A stretch of DNA of 64,000 nt. It comes from Escherichia phage CMSTMSU. The notes beneath the pieces were generated by a model. That model was not told where the DNA came from. It saw only the letters and a program-made list of their open reading frames with translations, and searched no databases. Every line of letters begins with the position of its first letter. The first letter of the stretch is position 1. Where the stretch lies: the sequence record MH494197.1, one strand, 5' to 3'. The translations under genes and the position numbers were made by a program. Shown in pieces: positions 1-9,393 of this stretch.

Positions 1-267
1 ACTTTCAGTATCCATAACAGTGACCGAACCGCGTTTAGTACTTGCATCGTAATAAATTGTCGTGCTACCTTTTTCGTCTTCTTCATGGAACGGCCCGTTT
101 TTAAATGCTTCTGGCTGGATCTCTAAATCCTTTAAAACAATCTCGCCAGTACTTTCATTGGTCATCGCTACAGTGCACTGAATGAATTTTTCACTACTTA
201 CATCTAACGACGCATTAACAGCGAAAGAGGAAACAGATAAAGCCGTGGCGATGATTGCAATTTTCAT
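1..267 (-). CDS. secreted hypothetical protein, 3' end outside window
   Basis: Minus-strand ATG (A at 267) preceded by AAGGATAATCAA; N-terminus MKIAIIATALSVSSFAVNA resembles a cleavable signal peptide; frame open to window edge, so absent from ORF track. Confidence 0.5.
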   Translation of the reverse strand, partial: MKIAIIATALSVSSFAVNASLDVSSEKFIQCTVAMTNESTGEIVLKDLEIQPEAFKNGPFHEEDEKGSTTIYYDASTKRGSVTVMDTES

Positions 268-310
268 TTGATTATCCTTAGTTACGGGAACCGCTCTTGC
301 GATGTAAAAT

Positions 311-338
311 ATTATACAGTACTAAAAACTATTATCAA
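311..338 (-). promoter_or_regulatory. sigma70-type early promoter (read on minus strand: TTGATA-16-TATAAT)
   Basis: Member of the repeated element GATGTAAAA(C/T)ATTATAC...TTGCAAGTACTTT seen 7-8 times in 0.3-5 kb; lies just upstream of CDS 1..267. Confidence 0.5.
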
Positions 339-677
339 GTACTTTATGATTTTTATAAAACATTTCAGCAGTGATATTTTACCCGTTGGCTGTACTTTAT
401 CCAGAATTTTTGATGTCCGGCCGTCCAAATGAATATGATCCGTAAACCGTAAACCAGTAGTTACCCTCAGTGTTTACATGTACAGCATAATAGGGAACGC
501 CCGCGATTCATCACTAGTAAAGTGTGCTACCGTTCCGTTACATTCGCAGACGTTGATTTGATTTGTTCAAGCATTTTATTATTCCTTAGTTACCGTGGGA
601 ACTGCTCCTATGCAAAACATTATACGCGTTTAAAACTAATTGCAAGTATTTTAATAAAAGTATTTGAAAAATAGTTG

Positions 678-706
678 TTGACAAGTGCATCCAGTACTGG
701 CATAAT
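678..706 (+). promoter_or_regulatory. sigma70-type promoter, plus strand (TTGACA-17-CATAAT)
   Basis: Hexamers at 678-683 and 701-706 with CAGTACTG in the spacer; no ORF of 60 aa or more downstream before hairpin at 784-817. Confidence 0.45.
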
Positions 707-783
707 TACTACATCAAGACGAAACAGTCACTAACCCACCGGGTGCATAGATCCGTCTATTAAATGATTCAGTACTGAAAAGT

Positions 784-817
784 AACGGGAGTTATTATCT
801 CCCCGTTGTTATTTTGT
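784..817. terminator. hairpin terminator, probably bidirectional
   Basis: ACGGGAG-TTATTAT-CTCCCCGT stem-loop flanked by T/A runs; follows minus-strand ORF 909..1013 and a short plus-strand transcript. Confidence 0.45.
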
Positions 818-908
818 GGTATAAACAGAAGTCGCCTTTATTTGCTACGCCGCCAGTGTAACGCGAGGAATAGTCACCCGACTTCTGCTATTACCAGTGT
901 ATCATCAT

Positions 909-1013
909 TCAATTCGCGCAAACGGCTGGATCTTGTACGCCGATTTTGTCGGCATGTTCCCGCATAGATTTAACCAGTGCTTCCAGTTGGGAAAGAGTAG
1001 TGATATTAGCCAT
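909..1013 (-). CDS. small hypothetical protein (34 aa)
   Basis: Minus-strand ATG directly downstream of promoter 1063..1090; translates MANITTLSQLEALVKSMREHADKIGVQDPAVCAN; below ORF-track length cutoff. Confidence 0.3.
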   Translation of the reverse strand: MANITTLSQLEALVKSMREHADKIGVQDPAVCAN

Positions 1014-1062
1014 TGTATTTTCTCATTACCGTGGAGAACCATTTCTCCCTTTGATGTAAAAC

Positions 1063-1090
1063 ATTATACAGTACTGAAAACTAATTGCAA
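1063..1090 (-). promoter_or_regulatory. sigma70-type early promoter (minus: TTGCAA-16-TATAAT)
   Basis: Plus-strand ATTATA at 1063-1068 and TTGCAA at 1085-1090; followed on the transcript by conserved leader hairpin GGAGAA..TTCTCC. Confidence 0.55.
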
Positions 1091-1097
1091 GTACTTT

Positions 1098-1355
1098 TTA
1101 ATATTGTTTGTCGTCGTCTTCCTCGATGAATTGACCGACGAAATGATCTACTTTCGCTTTGAGGCTTTTATAATCTTCTTCTACTTCCTTTAAACGTTCC
1201 GTAGTATTCCAGTGCCTCAACATATGCGGCCTCAGCCGTTTTCTCACGCATAGCTAAATTCATTCCACGCGTTTCATCAAATAGCCAAAACCATCGGTGC
1301 ATTCACTGATAGACAATGATTTGTTTAACACATTGTACTTTATTACTTTACTCAT
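1098..1355 (-). CDS. hypothetical protein, frame breaks
   Basis: Minus-strand ATG at 1355 after promoter 1405..1432; translates MSKVIKYNVLNKSL...; continues in shifted frames to stop near 1098. Confidence 0.3.
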
Positions 1356-1404
1356 TAGATAACCTCAGTAAAGGCGGGAACTATTACCCGCCTCGATGTA
1401 AAGT

Positions 1405-1432
1405 ATTATACGCTTTTAAACTTAGTTTGCAA
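1405..1432 (-). promoter_or_regulatory. sigma70-type early promoter (minus: TTGCAA-16-TATAAT)
   Basis: Same conserved element; followed by leader hairpin GGCGGGTAATAGTTCCCGCC. Confidence 0.55.
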
Positions 1433-1443
1433 GTACTTTTAAA

Positions 1444-2034
1444 TTAATATTCGATTGATTCTACTACGCCATCAATAACATTGAATTGATACTCGTTTCA
1501 ATCAGTGCCGTAATGTTTTCCAGTAGTGAATTGATCCTCATATGCATTCTCTAAATCACGGTACAACTTGCGGGACAATTCACGAATAGTGTCAGTGAGT
1601 AGTTCCTCAAGCTCATTAACTAACGTTTTTGTTTTGCGGTTAAATCCAGTGTAAGCCGATTCAATGTACCCGCTTACAGTATTCTTGAGTAGTGGGAGTG
1701 CGAACGCTTTACACTCATCGCCAAACCATCTTCATTCAGCAAGTGACGGATTGAGCGATTAGTTAATGCTTTACCTTGCGTAAAACTTCACTGCGTCAAC
1801 GTGGTCAGTACTGATTGATGCACCGTCCCCGGGACCAAAAGCCACTGAATCGTAAATCAGCGTCATTAATGCCATATTCCGGTAGTACTGTTTCAGTATT
1901 CATTTCACTTTCAGAAAAATAATCATCGTTTAAGTTTTTTCACGTTCCCGAACCAGTTCGATAGCTGACGTTTGTTGTTCTGCGTTCAATTCAGAAAAAT
2001 CCATAACGAAAGTAGTAGTAGTGATAGTTTTCAT
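1444..2034 (-). CDS. hypothetical protein (~195 aa), several frame breaks
   Basis: Minus-strand ATG at 2034 behind GAGGG; N-terminus MKTITTTTFVMDFSELNAEQQ; open frames continue in alternating frames to about 1444. Confidence 0.3.
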
Positions 2035-2171
2035 TTTGTAACCCTCATTCAGTAGTTGATGTAAGTATTATACGCTTTAAAAACGTCAAACTATTTTATC
2101 AGGGAGTTTTGTGCCTATTCCTCGGCTACTTAACGGAAGTTACTTATTTGTTCCCCGTCCTGATGTAAAAC

Positions 2172-2199
2172 ATTATACGCCTTTAAACATAGTTTGCAA
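2172..2199 (-). promoter_or_regulatory. sigma70-type early promoter (minus: TTGCAA-16-TATAAT)
   Basis: Conserved element copy. Confidence 0.5.
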
Positions 2200-2241
2200 G
2201 TACTTTTAAAAATAGTTTTCAGTACTGAATATTAAAAAGTA

Positions 2242-2269
2242 TTGACAGCATTATCAGTACTAATATAAT
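2242..2269 (+). promoter_or_regulatory. sigma70-type promoter, plus strand (TTGACA-16-TATAAT)
   Basis: Consensus hexamers; CAGTACT in spacer; a 40-codon Cys-rich ORF (MTTANPRCNCNCN...) follows. Confidence 0.45.
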
Positions 2270-2695
2270 TCCCATGACAACAGCTAACCCACGGTGCAAT
2301 TGTAACTGTAATAAACTTTTTCTAGATACACTTCCGCACCCTATGGGCTACGGCTTATCTGCCAATGAATACATTATGCCAGTACTGACAAAATAAGTCA
2401 ATACCGGCAATTGTAAAGATTTGTAAACTGCTTATACTGCAATCGCGTCCGTGCTATAATAATAATAAGTGCTATGGTGTGACTTACCTTTTATTTCAGT
2501 ACTGAATGAATCCGAACGATTTGCATATGATGTTAATTTAAAGTACTTTGATTTGTTGATACGTTACACCACAGATCCGCGTAAGTAGTTTTATTAGTGG
2601 TAGTATCTTTACGGTTTTAACTTCAGTCATATACATATTAGTCATTTTTATTACTCCGAGTTATAGGGGAACTATTCCCGCTCTCGATGTAAAAC

Positions 2696-2723
2696 ATTAT
2701 ACGCTTTTAAACTTAGTTTGCAA
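2696..2723 (-). promoter_or_regulatory. sigma70-type early promoter (minus: TTGCAA-16-TATAAT)
   Basis: Conserved element copy; followed by leader hairpin GGGAATAGTTCCCC and a 35-codon ORF (MTNMYMTEVKTVK...). Confidence 0.55.
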
Positions 2724-2750
2724 GTACTTTTATTCAAGTACTGCAATCTT

Positions 2751-2991
2751 TTAGTACGGTACACGGTCACGCGGTTGCTTTCGGTCGAGCTTTATTTCTA
2801 CCACTCGACGCGATACACTATCAGGACTTTTCAACGCCGCTAACCAGTACTGTAATGATCTGGCTGTACTACGCTTTACAATGGCCCAACGTTTACCACG
2901 TTCCGATTGTACGCCCATATCTTTAAACGTTGCCCGTCCGGCGTGCTGCGATCCGAGCTTGTTCACGCGTCGCAAAATACTTAATATTCAT
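2751..2991 (-). CDS. hypothetical basic protein in a locally GC-richer segment
   Basis: Track ORF 2751..2975 plus upstream ATG at 2991 (MNIKYFATREQARIAARRTGN...) joined by one frame break; Arg/Lys-rich. Confidence 0.4.
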
Positions 2992-3347
2992 GTTGTTCTT
3001 ATCGTTGGTGTATGAATAAACACTATTATAAAGTACTATCATCGTGCAATAGTACTTTAAATCTATTCTATTACATTCCAACCATTGCAGCACGGATCGA
3101 TAGTGCTATATTTGAATCCGTCCGGTGTTTTTCTTGTCCAGTCTGTTCTAAAAAATAACATCATATGACGGGCCGCATCATTGCGATTAGTGCTATCGTT
3201 AATAAAGTCCCAACTGGTATAATGATTCATCGTTATTAATCCAAAGGCTTACATTCCAATGAGTTTTGTTTTTGTGACCTAAGAACATTTTGATTTAGCC
3301 ATTTTTAATCTTATATAGTGGGGAACTATTTCACCCTGATGTAAAAC

Positions 3348-3375
3348 ATTATACGCTTTTAAACTTAGTTTGCAA
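3348..3375 (-). promoter_or_regulatory. sigma70-type early promoter (minus: TTGCAA-16-TATAAT)
   Basis: Conserved element copy; followed by GGGTGAAATAGTTCCCC leader. Confidence 0.55.
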
Positions 3376-3576
3376 CTTTATTAAACTTATTTGTAATTTT
3401 GCACTGTCAGCCCATACTGTGAAACGATGCATATTATCCCATGCATCTTGTTTTAAATTTAAACTGTGCAATTCCTCAGTAGTTGCTATCCCCATTGGCT
3501 TACTACACACCGCGAAATTTTTCTCCATGTACTGATAAACCATCGTTAAATCATTTGAGATCATTACATGGATCAT
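3349..3576 (-). CDS. hypothetical protein (75 aa)
   Basis: Track ORF on the early strand; a 47-codon ORF (3599..3742) upstream may be the same gene split by a frame break. Confidence 0.35.
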   Translation of the reverse strand: MIHVMISNDLTMVYQYMEKNFAVCSKPMGIATTEELHSLNLKQDAWDNMHRFTVWADSAKLQISLIKLQTKFKSV

Positions 3577-3774
3577 TGAATCAGCTATGAAGTAGCGTAT
3601 TGTTCACGCACGGCAACGGTTCCCGATAAGCTGTAAATGTGAATTTTACAGTTTCAGCCGGAAGACCTTTCATTTCACGGAAGTTAACCGTGTTAAGCAT
3701 GATTTTATTGATTTGAGTCGCCATCGTTTTAATCTCTTAATGTAGCGGGAAGTGTTCCTGCCTCGATGTAAAAC

Positions 3775-3799
3775 ATTATACGCTTTTATCAGTATGCAA
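3775..3799 (-). promoter_or_regulatory. sigma70-type early promoter variant (13-bp spacer)
   Basis: Conserved GATGTAAAACATTATACGCTTTT element with ATGCAA in place of TTGCAA. Confidence 0.35.
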
Positions 3800-4063
3800 G
3801 TACTTTCTACAAATACTTTTAAAATAGTTTTCTCTATATAGGGAACTATTATTCAGTACTGCAACCATCCGTGGGAACTATCTTTCTATAGTAGTACTAT
3901 TATTCAGTACTGAATCAATCCACCAAATCATCCTGATACCCGTAAAACGGCCTCAGACGCATTCTAACGCATTAATACACCTAAGCTATACATTTGCACC
4001 ATTCCAATCTTGGCTGGGCCGTTTAAACGCGTTAAATTATTTTCAATTATTTTGTTTTAGCTA

Positions 4064-4090
4064 TTGACTCAGTACTAAAAAGCGTATAAT
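4064..4090 (+). promoter_or_regulatory. sigma70-type promoter, plus strand (TTGACT-15-TATAAT)
   Basis: Consensus hexamers; downstream transcript has 9-bp inverted repeat AGGGTGCGG...CCGCACCCT and no long ORF. Confidence 0.45.
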
Positions 4091-4096
4091 TACACA

Positions 4097-4270
4097 TAGA
4101 CGCGAGAAAGGAAACCAGAGGGTGCGGAATTACGCCCAAAATTCAAGATATAAAAAAAGGATACACCGCACCCTAGCAGGTTAACGCACTTTCTAGTACT
4201 GAAATATAGTAACATAGTCCGCTGATAGCAAGCAATTAAAACTTTTTCATCCGGTATTGCTTTATTTTTC
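4097..4270 (+). ncRNA. candidate small RNA
   Basis: No ORF between promoter 4064..4090 and stem AGCAAT..ATTGCT followed by TTATTTTT; contains TACGCCCAAAATTC motif. Confidence 0.2.
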
Positions 4271-4284
4271 CAGTACTGTATAAT
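4257..4284 (+). promoter_or_regulatory. promoter, plus strand (TTGCTT-16-TATAAT)
   Basis: ATTGCTTTA upstream also matches my recollection of the T4 MotA-box core; TATAAT at 4279-4284. Confidence 0.4.
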
Positions 4285-4379
4285 AGTTCCATCGTCGAGA
4301 AAGACTCAGCCCACCGTATAGTTACGCCCAAAATTCAGTACTGAAAATTTTAAAAATATCCGTCCGTGCGCGTTGTTCC

Positions 4380-4640
4380 CCCAGTTTATAAGATAATGAT
4401 TCCAGACTCCAGAACGGTTCATCCCACGCGGTAGGGGAACTATTGGAAAACAAAATAAAATTTTGATTTAGCCGTCTATACTTCCAGACGTGTAACCATC
4501 TAGCCGTTTAGCTGTCCAAACGTCAGCCATCCAGCCATCCAGAAATCTAGCCGTTTAGCCGTCCAGATGGATAGCCATTTCCAGACTTCTGAGGGCTAGA
4601 CATATCTACGTCCAAAATCCATCCGTGGTAACTACGCCCA
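4380..4640. repeat. cluster of short direct repeats (TCCAGA; TAGCCGTTTAGCYGTCCA)
   Basis: TCCAGA five times and TAGCCGTTTAGC(C/T)GTCCA twice in ~200 bp; locally GC-richer; no ORF. Confidence 0.5.
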
Positions 4641-4949
4641 AAATCCGTCAGTACTATACCATAGATCATCTTTGGAGTATTCAGTACTGCCATCAGCCCC
4701 TCACATGTTACCCTAGGAGGATGAAGATCACCGCGGTACTGAATACTGTTAGAGGGAATCCACCAGCTTGGTGGTATAATCGTTTAGATTAAAATCAGTA
4801 CTGACACCATTCTGTTAATATCAGTACTGTTATTGATTTTCATATGAGGTTCAAAAAGATGTACCCACCACAGGAGGAACTATCTTTTCTGTACTGTCTC
4901 ACAGGAGGTAGAGTAAATGAATCGTTCGCAACTCATCTCTATGTAGAAC

Positions 4950-4977
4950 ATTATACAGTACTGAATCATAATGTCAA
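4950..4977 (-). promoter_or_regulatory. sigma70-type early promoter (minus: TTGACA-16-TATAAT)
   Basis: Matches the conserved early promoter element; transcript runs leftward into the ORF-free repeat region. Confidence 0.5.
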
Positions 4978-5189
4978 TAGCTTTCTTTCATTATTCAGTA
5001 CTGATATTCTTGAGAACTACCCGACTACAAACATCATTATATCCCACAAATCATAAACGTCCCAACGTAAATTTCAACTTTCGAAGATCCAACTTTATTT
5101 CATAGGTACTCCAAAATTTTAGGATCGAGATTTAGGATGGAGTACTAACCAACTTTTGCTGAGCTCTGGATATTAAGGTGAAAGTAATA

Positions 5190-5500
5190 ATTCAGTAATT
5201 AATCATTGGTGATTACTTTTGATTACATTTGATGTAATTTGCAAAATGGAAAAGGAGCTTGAAACTAGTACGGCAGACTTCCTCTGCCTACTAGGTGCTG
5301 GTTTCATCTATCGGAGGGAAATGGATTAACCTTAGCAATACGTAACTGAATACGTTCTTGATTAAACGTGCACATTCCTGTACTCTATTACACTCTAGTA
5401 CACTCTAGTACTCAATACTGATCACTACAATGATTATAAATGATTACTTAAATGTTTATATATGATTACTTATGACTACATATGATTAGGGTTTACTGGG
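5190..5500. repeat. TGATTAC short-repeat cluster with adjacent direct repeat
   Basis: TGATTAC recurs about seven times in two sub-clusters; TACACTCTAGTAC is duplicated in tandem at 5390-5415. Confidence 0.4.
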
Positions 5501-5816
5501 AGAATCTAGTGATCGCATTTGTCCAGCTGAATTTTAACATATATAACATATGTTAAAGCCTGTCCAATGCTTCTGCGGAGCTTCTGTCTATATGTTGAAT
5601 TACTTCCTATATATAAGCATTAACATATAGTAGTACTGATTATGCTGTACATTCTCTTTAATATTATAAGGGTCTATAGCAATCTCGGTACATCTGTTAA
5701 ATGCATATCTATTAAATGCCAGTACTATTATAGATCTAATCCATGCTTGGTCAGTCGGTGGTAGTTTACTTATATAGTACTCTTTATAGTTTTTATGTTC
5801 TGCATAGTATACCTTA

Positions 5817-5996
5817 TTATTTCAAAGTACCATATAGTACTCTTAATAGGAAGTAGTACGTATTAGAGATATCATTACTAGTTAAAACAATCTTTGTACA
5901 CATATTAAATTCGTATTGAGTCATTGCTGGGATTAAATTGTTAACCCATGCTTGTTCGTTTTCTTTGAGTTTACTTATATAGAAGTCTTTATACAT
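5817..5996 (-). CDS. small-ORF array member
   Basis: Translates MYKDFYISKLKENEQAWVNNLIP...; below ORF-track cutoff; degenerate copies lie further left. Confidence 0.35.
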   Translation of the reverse strand: MYKDFYISKLKENEQAWVNNLIPAMTQYEFNMCTKIVLTSNDISNTYYFLLRVLYGTLK

Positions 5997-6228
5997 AGTA
6001 TTATCTCTATTAATATGATAGTACTAGTGTTAGTACTGAGCACAATTGTTCTTTATAGTTCTTAGGGTATATAGAATCTTTTATGCACTCATTGAAGTGC
6101 CATAGGTATAATCTTGGGTCGCATTCTTTATATATTTTACGCCATAGGTATATATCTTGGGTCGCATTCTTTATATATTTTTTACGGGGACGAATGTTAG
6201 TTTTCTTATATAGAAGTCTTTGTGTTCT

Positions 6229-6438
6229 TTATTCATATAGGAATAGTATACCTATGATGCCTGAGTACATGTTAGTACTGTTATTATTGGCGTTTGCGTT
6301 TAAAGTCATTTGAATACAATTGTTGTAGCATAATCTGCCGAAATATGTATCAGTACTTAAAGGTGCAGTAGTCCTTAGAAACATTTGTTCTGTGGGGCTG
6401 AGGTGTTTGGAGTAGAATTCTTTATGTTCATTATTCAT
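6229..6438 (-). CDS. small-ORF array member (69 aa)
   Basis: Track ORF MNNEHKEFYSKHLSPTEQMFLR...; close paralogue of 7020..7226; start overlaps upstream stop. Confidence 0.5.
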   Translation of the reverse strand: MNNEHKEFYSKHLSPTEQMFLRTTAPLSTDTYFGRLCYNNCIQMTLNANANNNSTNMYSGIIGILFLYE

Positions 6439-6634
6439 AGATATATAGGAGTGCCATTATGTTGGAGTATAGTTTATTGTTGTCATTTTCTTGCAGTGCT
6501 TGTATAGTACTACGTATACAGTTATTATAGCATATTTTTGTGAAATTATTTTGTAATTTCATTTTCATTGGTTTTGCTTTATAGAATGATTGTTTTGTGG
6601 GACTAAGATGATTTATGTAGAACTCTTTATACAT
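6431..6634 (-). CDS. small-ORF array member (67 aa)
   Basis: Track ORF MYKEFYINHLSPTKQ...; shares CYNNCIR and C-terminal hydrophobic YE motif with neighbours. Confidence 0.5.
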   Translation of the reverse strand: MYKEFYINHLSPTKQSFYKAKPMKMKLQNNFTKICYNNCIRSTIQALQENDNNKLYSNIMALLYIYE

Positions 6635-6651
6635 GTTAGTACCTTAGTGCT

Positions 6652-6837
6652 TTAGTGTCTGTATATAAGTAATAGTAAGAATACGTACTGCACCTGTTCA
6701 TCTTTAGTATTGAGTACTGTACGTATTGCGTCATTAAACAAAAATATAGTACTTGGGTCATTAGAATTTAAGGGGTTTACGGGGACGGCGTGTTTGTAGT
6801 TCCCTTTAACAAATTGTATATAGTATTCTCTATGCAT
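6652..6837 (-). CDS. small-ORF array member (61 aa)
   Basis: Track ORF MHREYYIQFVKGNYK... Confidence 0.45.
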   Translation of the reverse strand: MHREYYIQFVKGNYKHAVPVNPLNSNDPSTIFLFNDAIRTVLNTKDEQVQYVFLLLLIYRH

Positions 6838-6838
6838 A

Positions 6839-7027
6839 TCAGTACCTATATATTAGGGCGAGAATGTAGTACAGTTCATATGGAATGTAATTTGGGGTGA
6901 TAGCACACTGTGTATGGTAAATGAATTGTTGGGTATTTTTCTTATCCTTGATATCTATTGGGTTTAGTGGTATAAGCATTTGGGAGTTTAGTTCCAGATG
7001 GTTTAAGTAGAATTCTTTGTTATTCAT
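6839..7027 (-). CDS. small-ORF array member (62 aa)
   Basis: Track ORF MNNKEFYLNHLELNSQ... Confidence 0.45.
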   Translation of the reverse strand: MNNKEFYLNHLELNSQMLIPLNPIDIKDKKNTQQFIYHTQCAITPNYIPYELYYILALIYRY

Positions 7028-7226
7028 AGAAGAATATTAGTCCCATTACGCCTGAGTACTGAATATTTTTGTTATTGTTTTCTAAAGCTTCTAGAGTAAT
7101 ACGTATACAATTATTAAAGCAATCTCTGGCGTGTGGTGTATCTAAACGTAAAGGTGATACACTCCTTAGAAACATTTGTTCTGATGCACTGAGGTGTTTG
7201 GTGTAGAATTCTTTCTGTTCGTTCAT
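7020..7226 (-). CDS. small-ORF array member (68 aa)
   Basis: Track ORF MNEQKEFYTKHLSASEQMFLR...; AAGAGG 6 nt upstream of ATG; paralogue of 6229..6438. Confidence 0.55.
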   Translation of the reverse strand: MNEQKEFYTKHLSASEQMFLRSVSPLRLDTPHARDCFNNCIRITLEALENNNKNIQYSGVMGLIFFYE

Positions 7227-7236
7227 ATTGGCCTCT

Positions 7237-7425
7237 TTAGTACACGAAAGCTAGGTACAGTGTATGATACAGTACTCGATGATAGCTATCAAAATCTAGT
7301 ATACATGCTTTAGTGCACATAGTAAAGTACACTTTATCGTTTTGAGCATTGATACCGCGAGGTTTATCTAATAGATTAGTACTGAGGTACATTGGGAAAT
7401 ATTTTGTGTAGTATTCTTTATGCAT
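7237..7425 (-). CDS. small-ORF array member
   Basis: Track ORF 7237..7470 trimmed to internal Met giving family-type start MHKEYYTKYF. Confidence 0.45.
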   Translation of the reverse strand: MHKEYYTKYFPMYLSTNLLDKPRGINAQNDKVYFTMCTKACILDFDSYHRVLYHTLYLAFVY

Positions 7426-7807
7426 ATTAGTACCTGAATATAAGTAGGATAGTGTTATATAATTGGTCATAGCTACTACTATTTTCTATACTGCGTTCTA
7501 TGCAATTATTGAATCCCAGTACTGCCAAATCGTTATCCGGGGGACTTTATATCTGGCGTAGTGTTCAAATATACTGGGAGAAATTGTGTGTAGTATTCTT
7601 TGTGCATATTAGTACCTATATATTAGTAAAAGGATGTGATACAGTACTCGATTATAGTCTTCAATATATATCGAGGATTTAGTGCACTGAATGAAGTAGT
7701 CTTTTTCGTAGTTTTTTCTATACCCAATGGTTCTGTTGGTAGAAGGTGTTGGAGATACATTGGGAGTTTCTCTATGTAGTATTCTTTGTGGTTATTCATA
7801 TTATGTG

Positions 7808-7981
7808 TTATTTCGTGAAAACAAGGGTTAGTACTGCATAGTACAAGTCATACGTATCTTTAGGGTTAATAGCACCTTTAATACATTCTTTCATTACTTC
7901 ATTATAGATAATTTTAGTACTGAATGTATTGGATGTTACTATATCGGAATTAAGGTACGAGAGGTAGAATTCTTTATACAT
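7808..7981 (-). CDS. small-ORF array member
   Basis: Track ORF 7808..8044 trimmed to internal Met giving MYKEFYLSYL; longer form also possible. Confidence 0.4.
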   Translation of the reverse strand: MYKEFYLSYLNSDIVTSNTFSTKIIYNEVMKECIKGAINPKDTYDLYYAVLTLVFTK

Positions 7982-8080
7982 AGTTTGAAATATACGTAAT
8001 GAGGTGATGAAATTTCTTATCAGTACTGATAAGTTCCTGTACATGTTTTGTTAGTTTGTACGCGTTTTATAGAGTCCGGA

Positions 8081-8458
8081 TTATCGATTACAGTACTGTA
8101 CATGAATAGATCTTCTTCTGATAATTCTTTGCCGGTAATTCTTTGAGGAATTGCAGTACTGTATCAGTTTCGTTAGTACGTTGCTTTTGGAAGAAGTGCA
8201 TGTTATCGTGTATTTTTCTGAACCCATGCAGTACATATCTCCGATTTGGAATTGTGCAGTACTGATATCATGGGTGCTATTACAATTCCCGAAGAAGTAT
8301 ACATTCCCGAAAGATAGAATTATAGTGCACGGGATATTATCCATGTGTATATAGATAGATGCATTCTTTAGTGCTTTTGTGCTGGTATTAGTACTCAATA
8401 CTTTTAAATCAGTATTATAGATATTAATAAAAGCAAGAGCTATATTATTTTTCTTCAA
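8081..8458 (-). CDS. hypothetical protein inside the array (125 aa)
   Basis: Track ORF only; lacks the family motif and is low-complexity. Confidence 0.2.
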   Translation of the reverse strand: MKKNNIALAFINIYNTDLKVLSTNTSTKALKNASIYIHMDNIPCTIILSFGNVYFFGNCNSTHDISTAQFQIGDMYCMGSEKYTITCTSSKSNVLTKLIQYCNSSKNYRQRIIRRRSIHVQYCNR

Positions 8459-9207
8459 GTACGATTTGAGGTTCTTAGATACGAGAACATTTCTGGATTT
8501 TTCTTTTTATTTCGTTTCTTTAGTATATTCGGGTGATACGTATAAGATGATGTAACTGATTCTGCTTGAATACTGTTGAGGTATTTAAAGTGCTTAAGGT
8601 ATTGTTTGCTGTGTGCATTAAGTTTCATTTGGTTTCCTTTATACAGATGCGAGTGCGAGGATTTCCCTGAAGGGATTATCTTTTGTTAGTGCGTGATGAA
8701 TGCAGCTATTGAGATTAATATTTTTAGTACTGTTAGTTGCCGTTGTAGTACTTCACGAAGGTGTCGTACATGAAACGGTCTTTAATGCTTATGTGTTCTA
8801 TATAGTATTCTTGCATATTATTCCTTACATAGAGATGAGTTTCAGTACATCAATATACATATAACGTTCAGATGACTGTACACGGGTAGTGATAATCTCA
8901 ATCGATATATTTTAATTCCATGTGCAGATGATTGATGGTGCTGAATAAATGAGTTGTGCATACTTTGTTCTATGTGGTTTAGTTTATTGAAGTAGTACTC
9001 AAAAGTGTTCATGTCTACCTTAGATTGAGATTAGTTTAAGTACTTCTCTGTATGTGTACTTTTCGTTTTGTGCTTCTACTGTACATGATAGTAGGTATCG
9101 TTTTTTATCTCTTTTGTTCCCGACTGTGTAGTACCTTTGGAATTTATTATAGTTGTATCTATCTTTGTGCTGGAGTTTATAGATATAGAATTCTTGCATA
9201 GAGTACC

Positions 9208-9393
9208 TTAGATTGCTATCAGTTTCAGTACTTCAATATATGTGCGGTACTCTGCTTTAATTAAATTTGTACACACTGTAAGGGAATTTCTTTGTATAAG
9301 TTTATTGCCGCTTTTATACGCATTTCTCCACACATAGAGATGAGATCTTTCAGGCATAGATAGTTTATTTGTATAGTACTCAAATGTATTCAT
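9208..9393 (-). CDS. small-ORF array member (61 aa)
   Basis: Track ORF MNTFEYYTNKLSMPERSHL...; similar broken copy at about 8990. Confidence 0.45.
   Translation of the reverse strand: MNTFEYYTNKLSMPERSHLYVWRNAYKSGNKLIQRNSLTVCTNLIKAEYRTYIEVLKLIAI

Noticed and set aside
897-1193. Plus-strand track ORF (98 aa) in the early region
   Set aside because: Antisense to a minus-strand promoter and small gene; no start context; runs across promoter and terminator elements.
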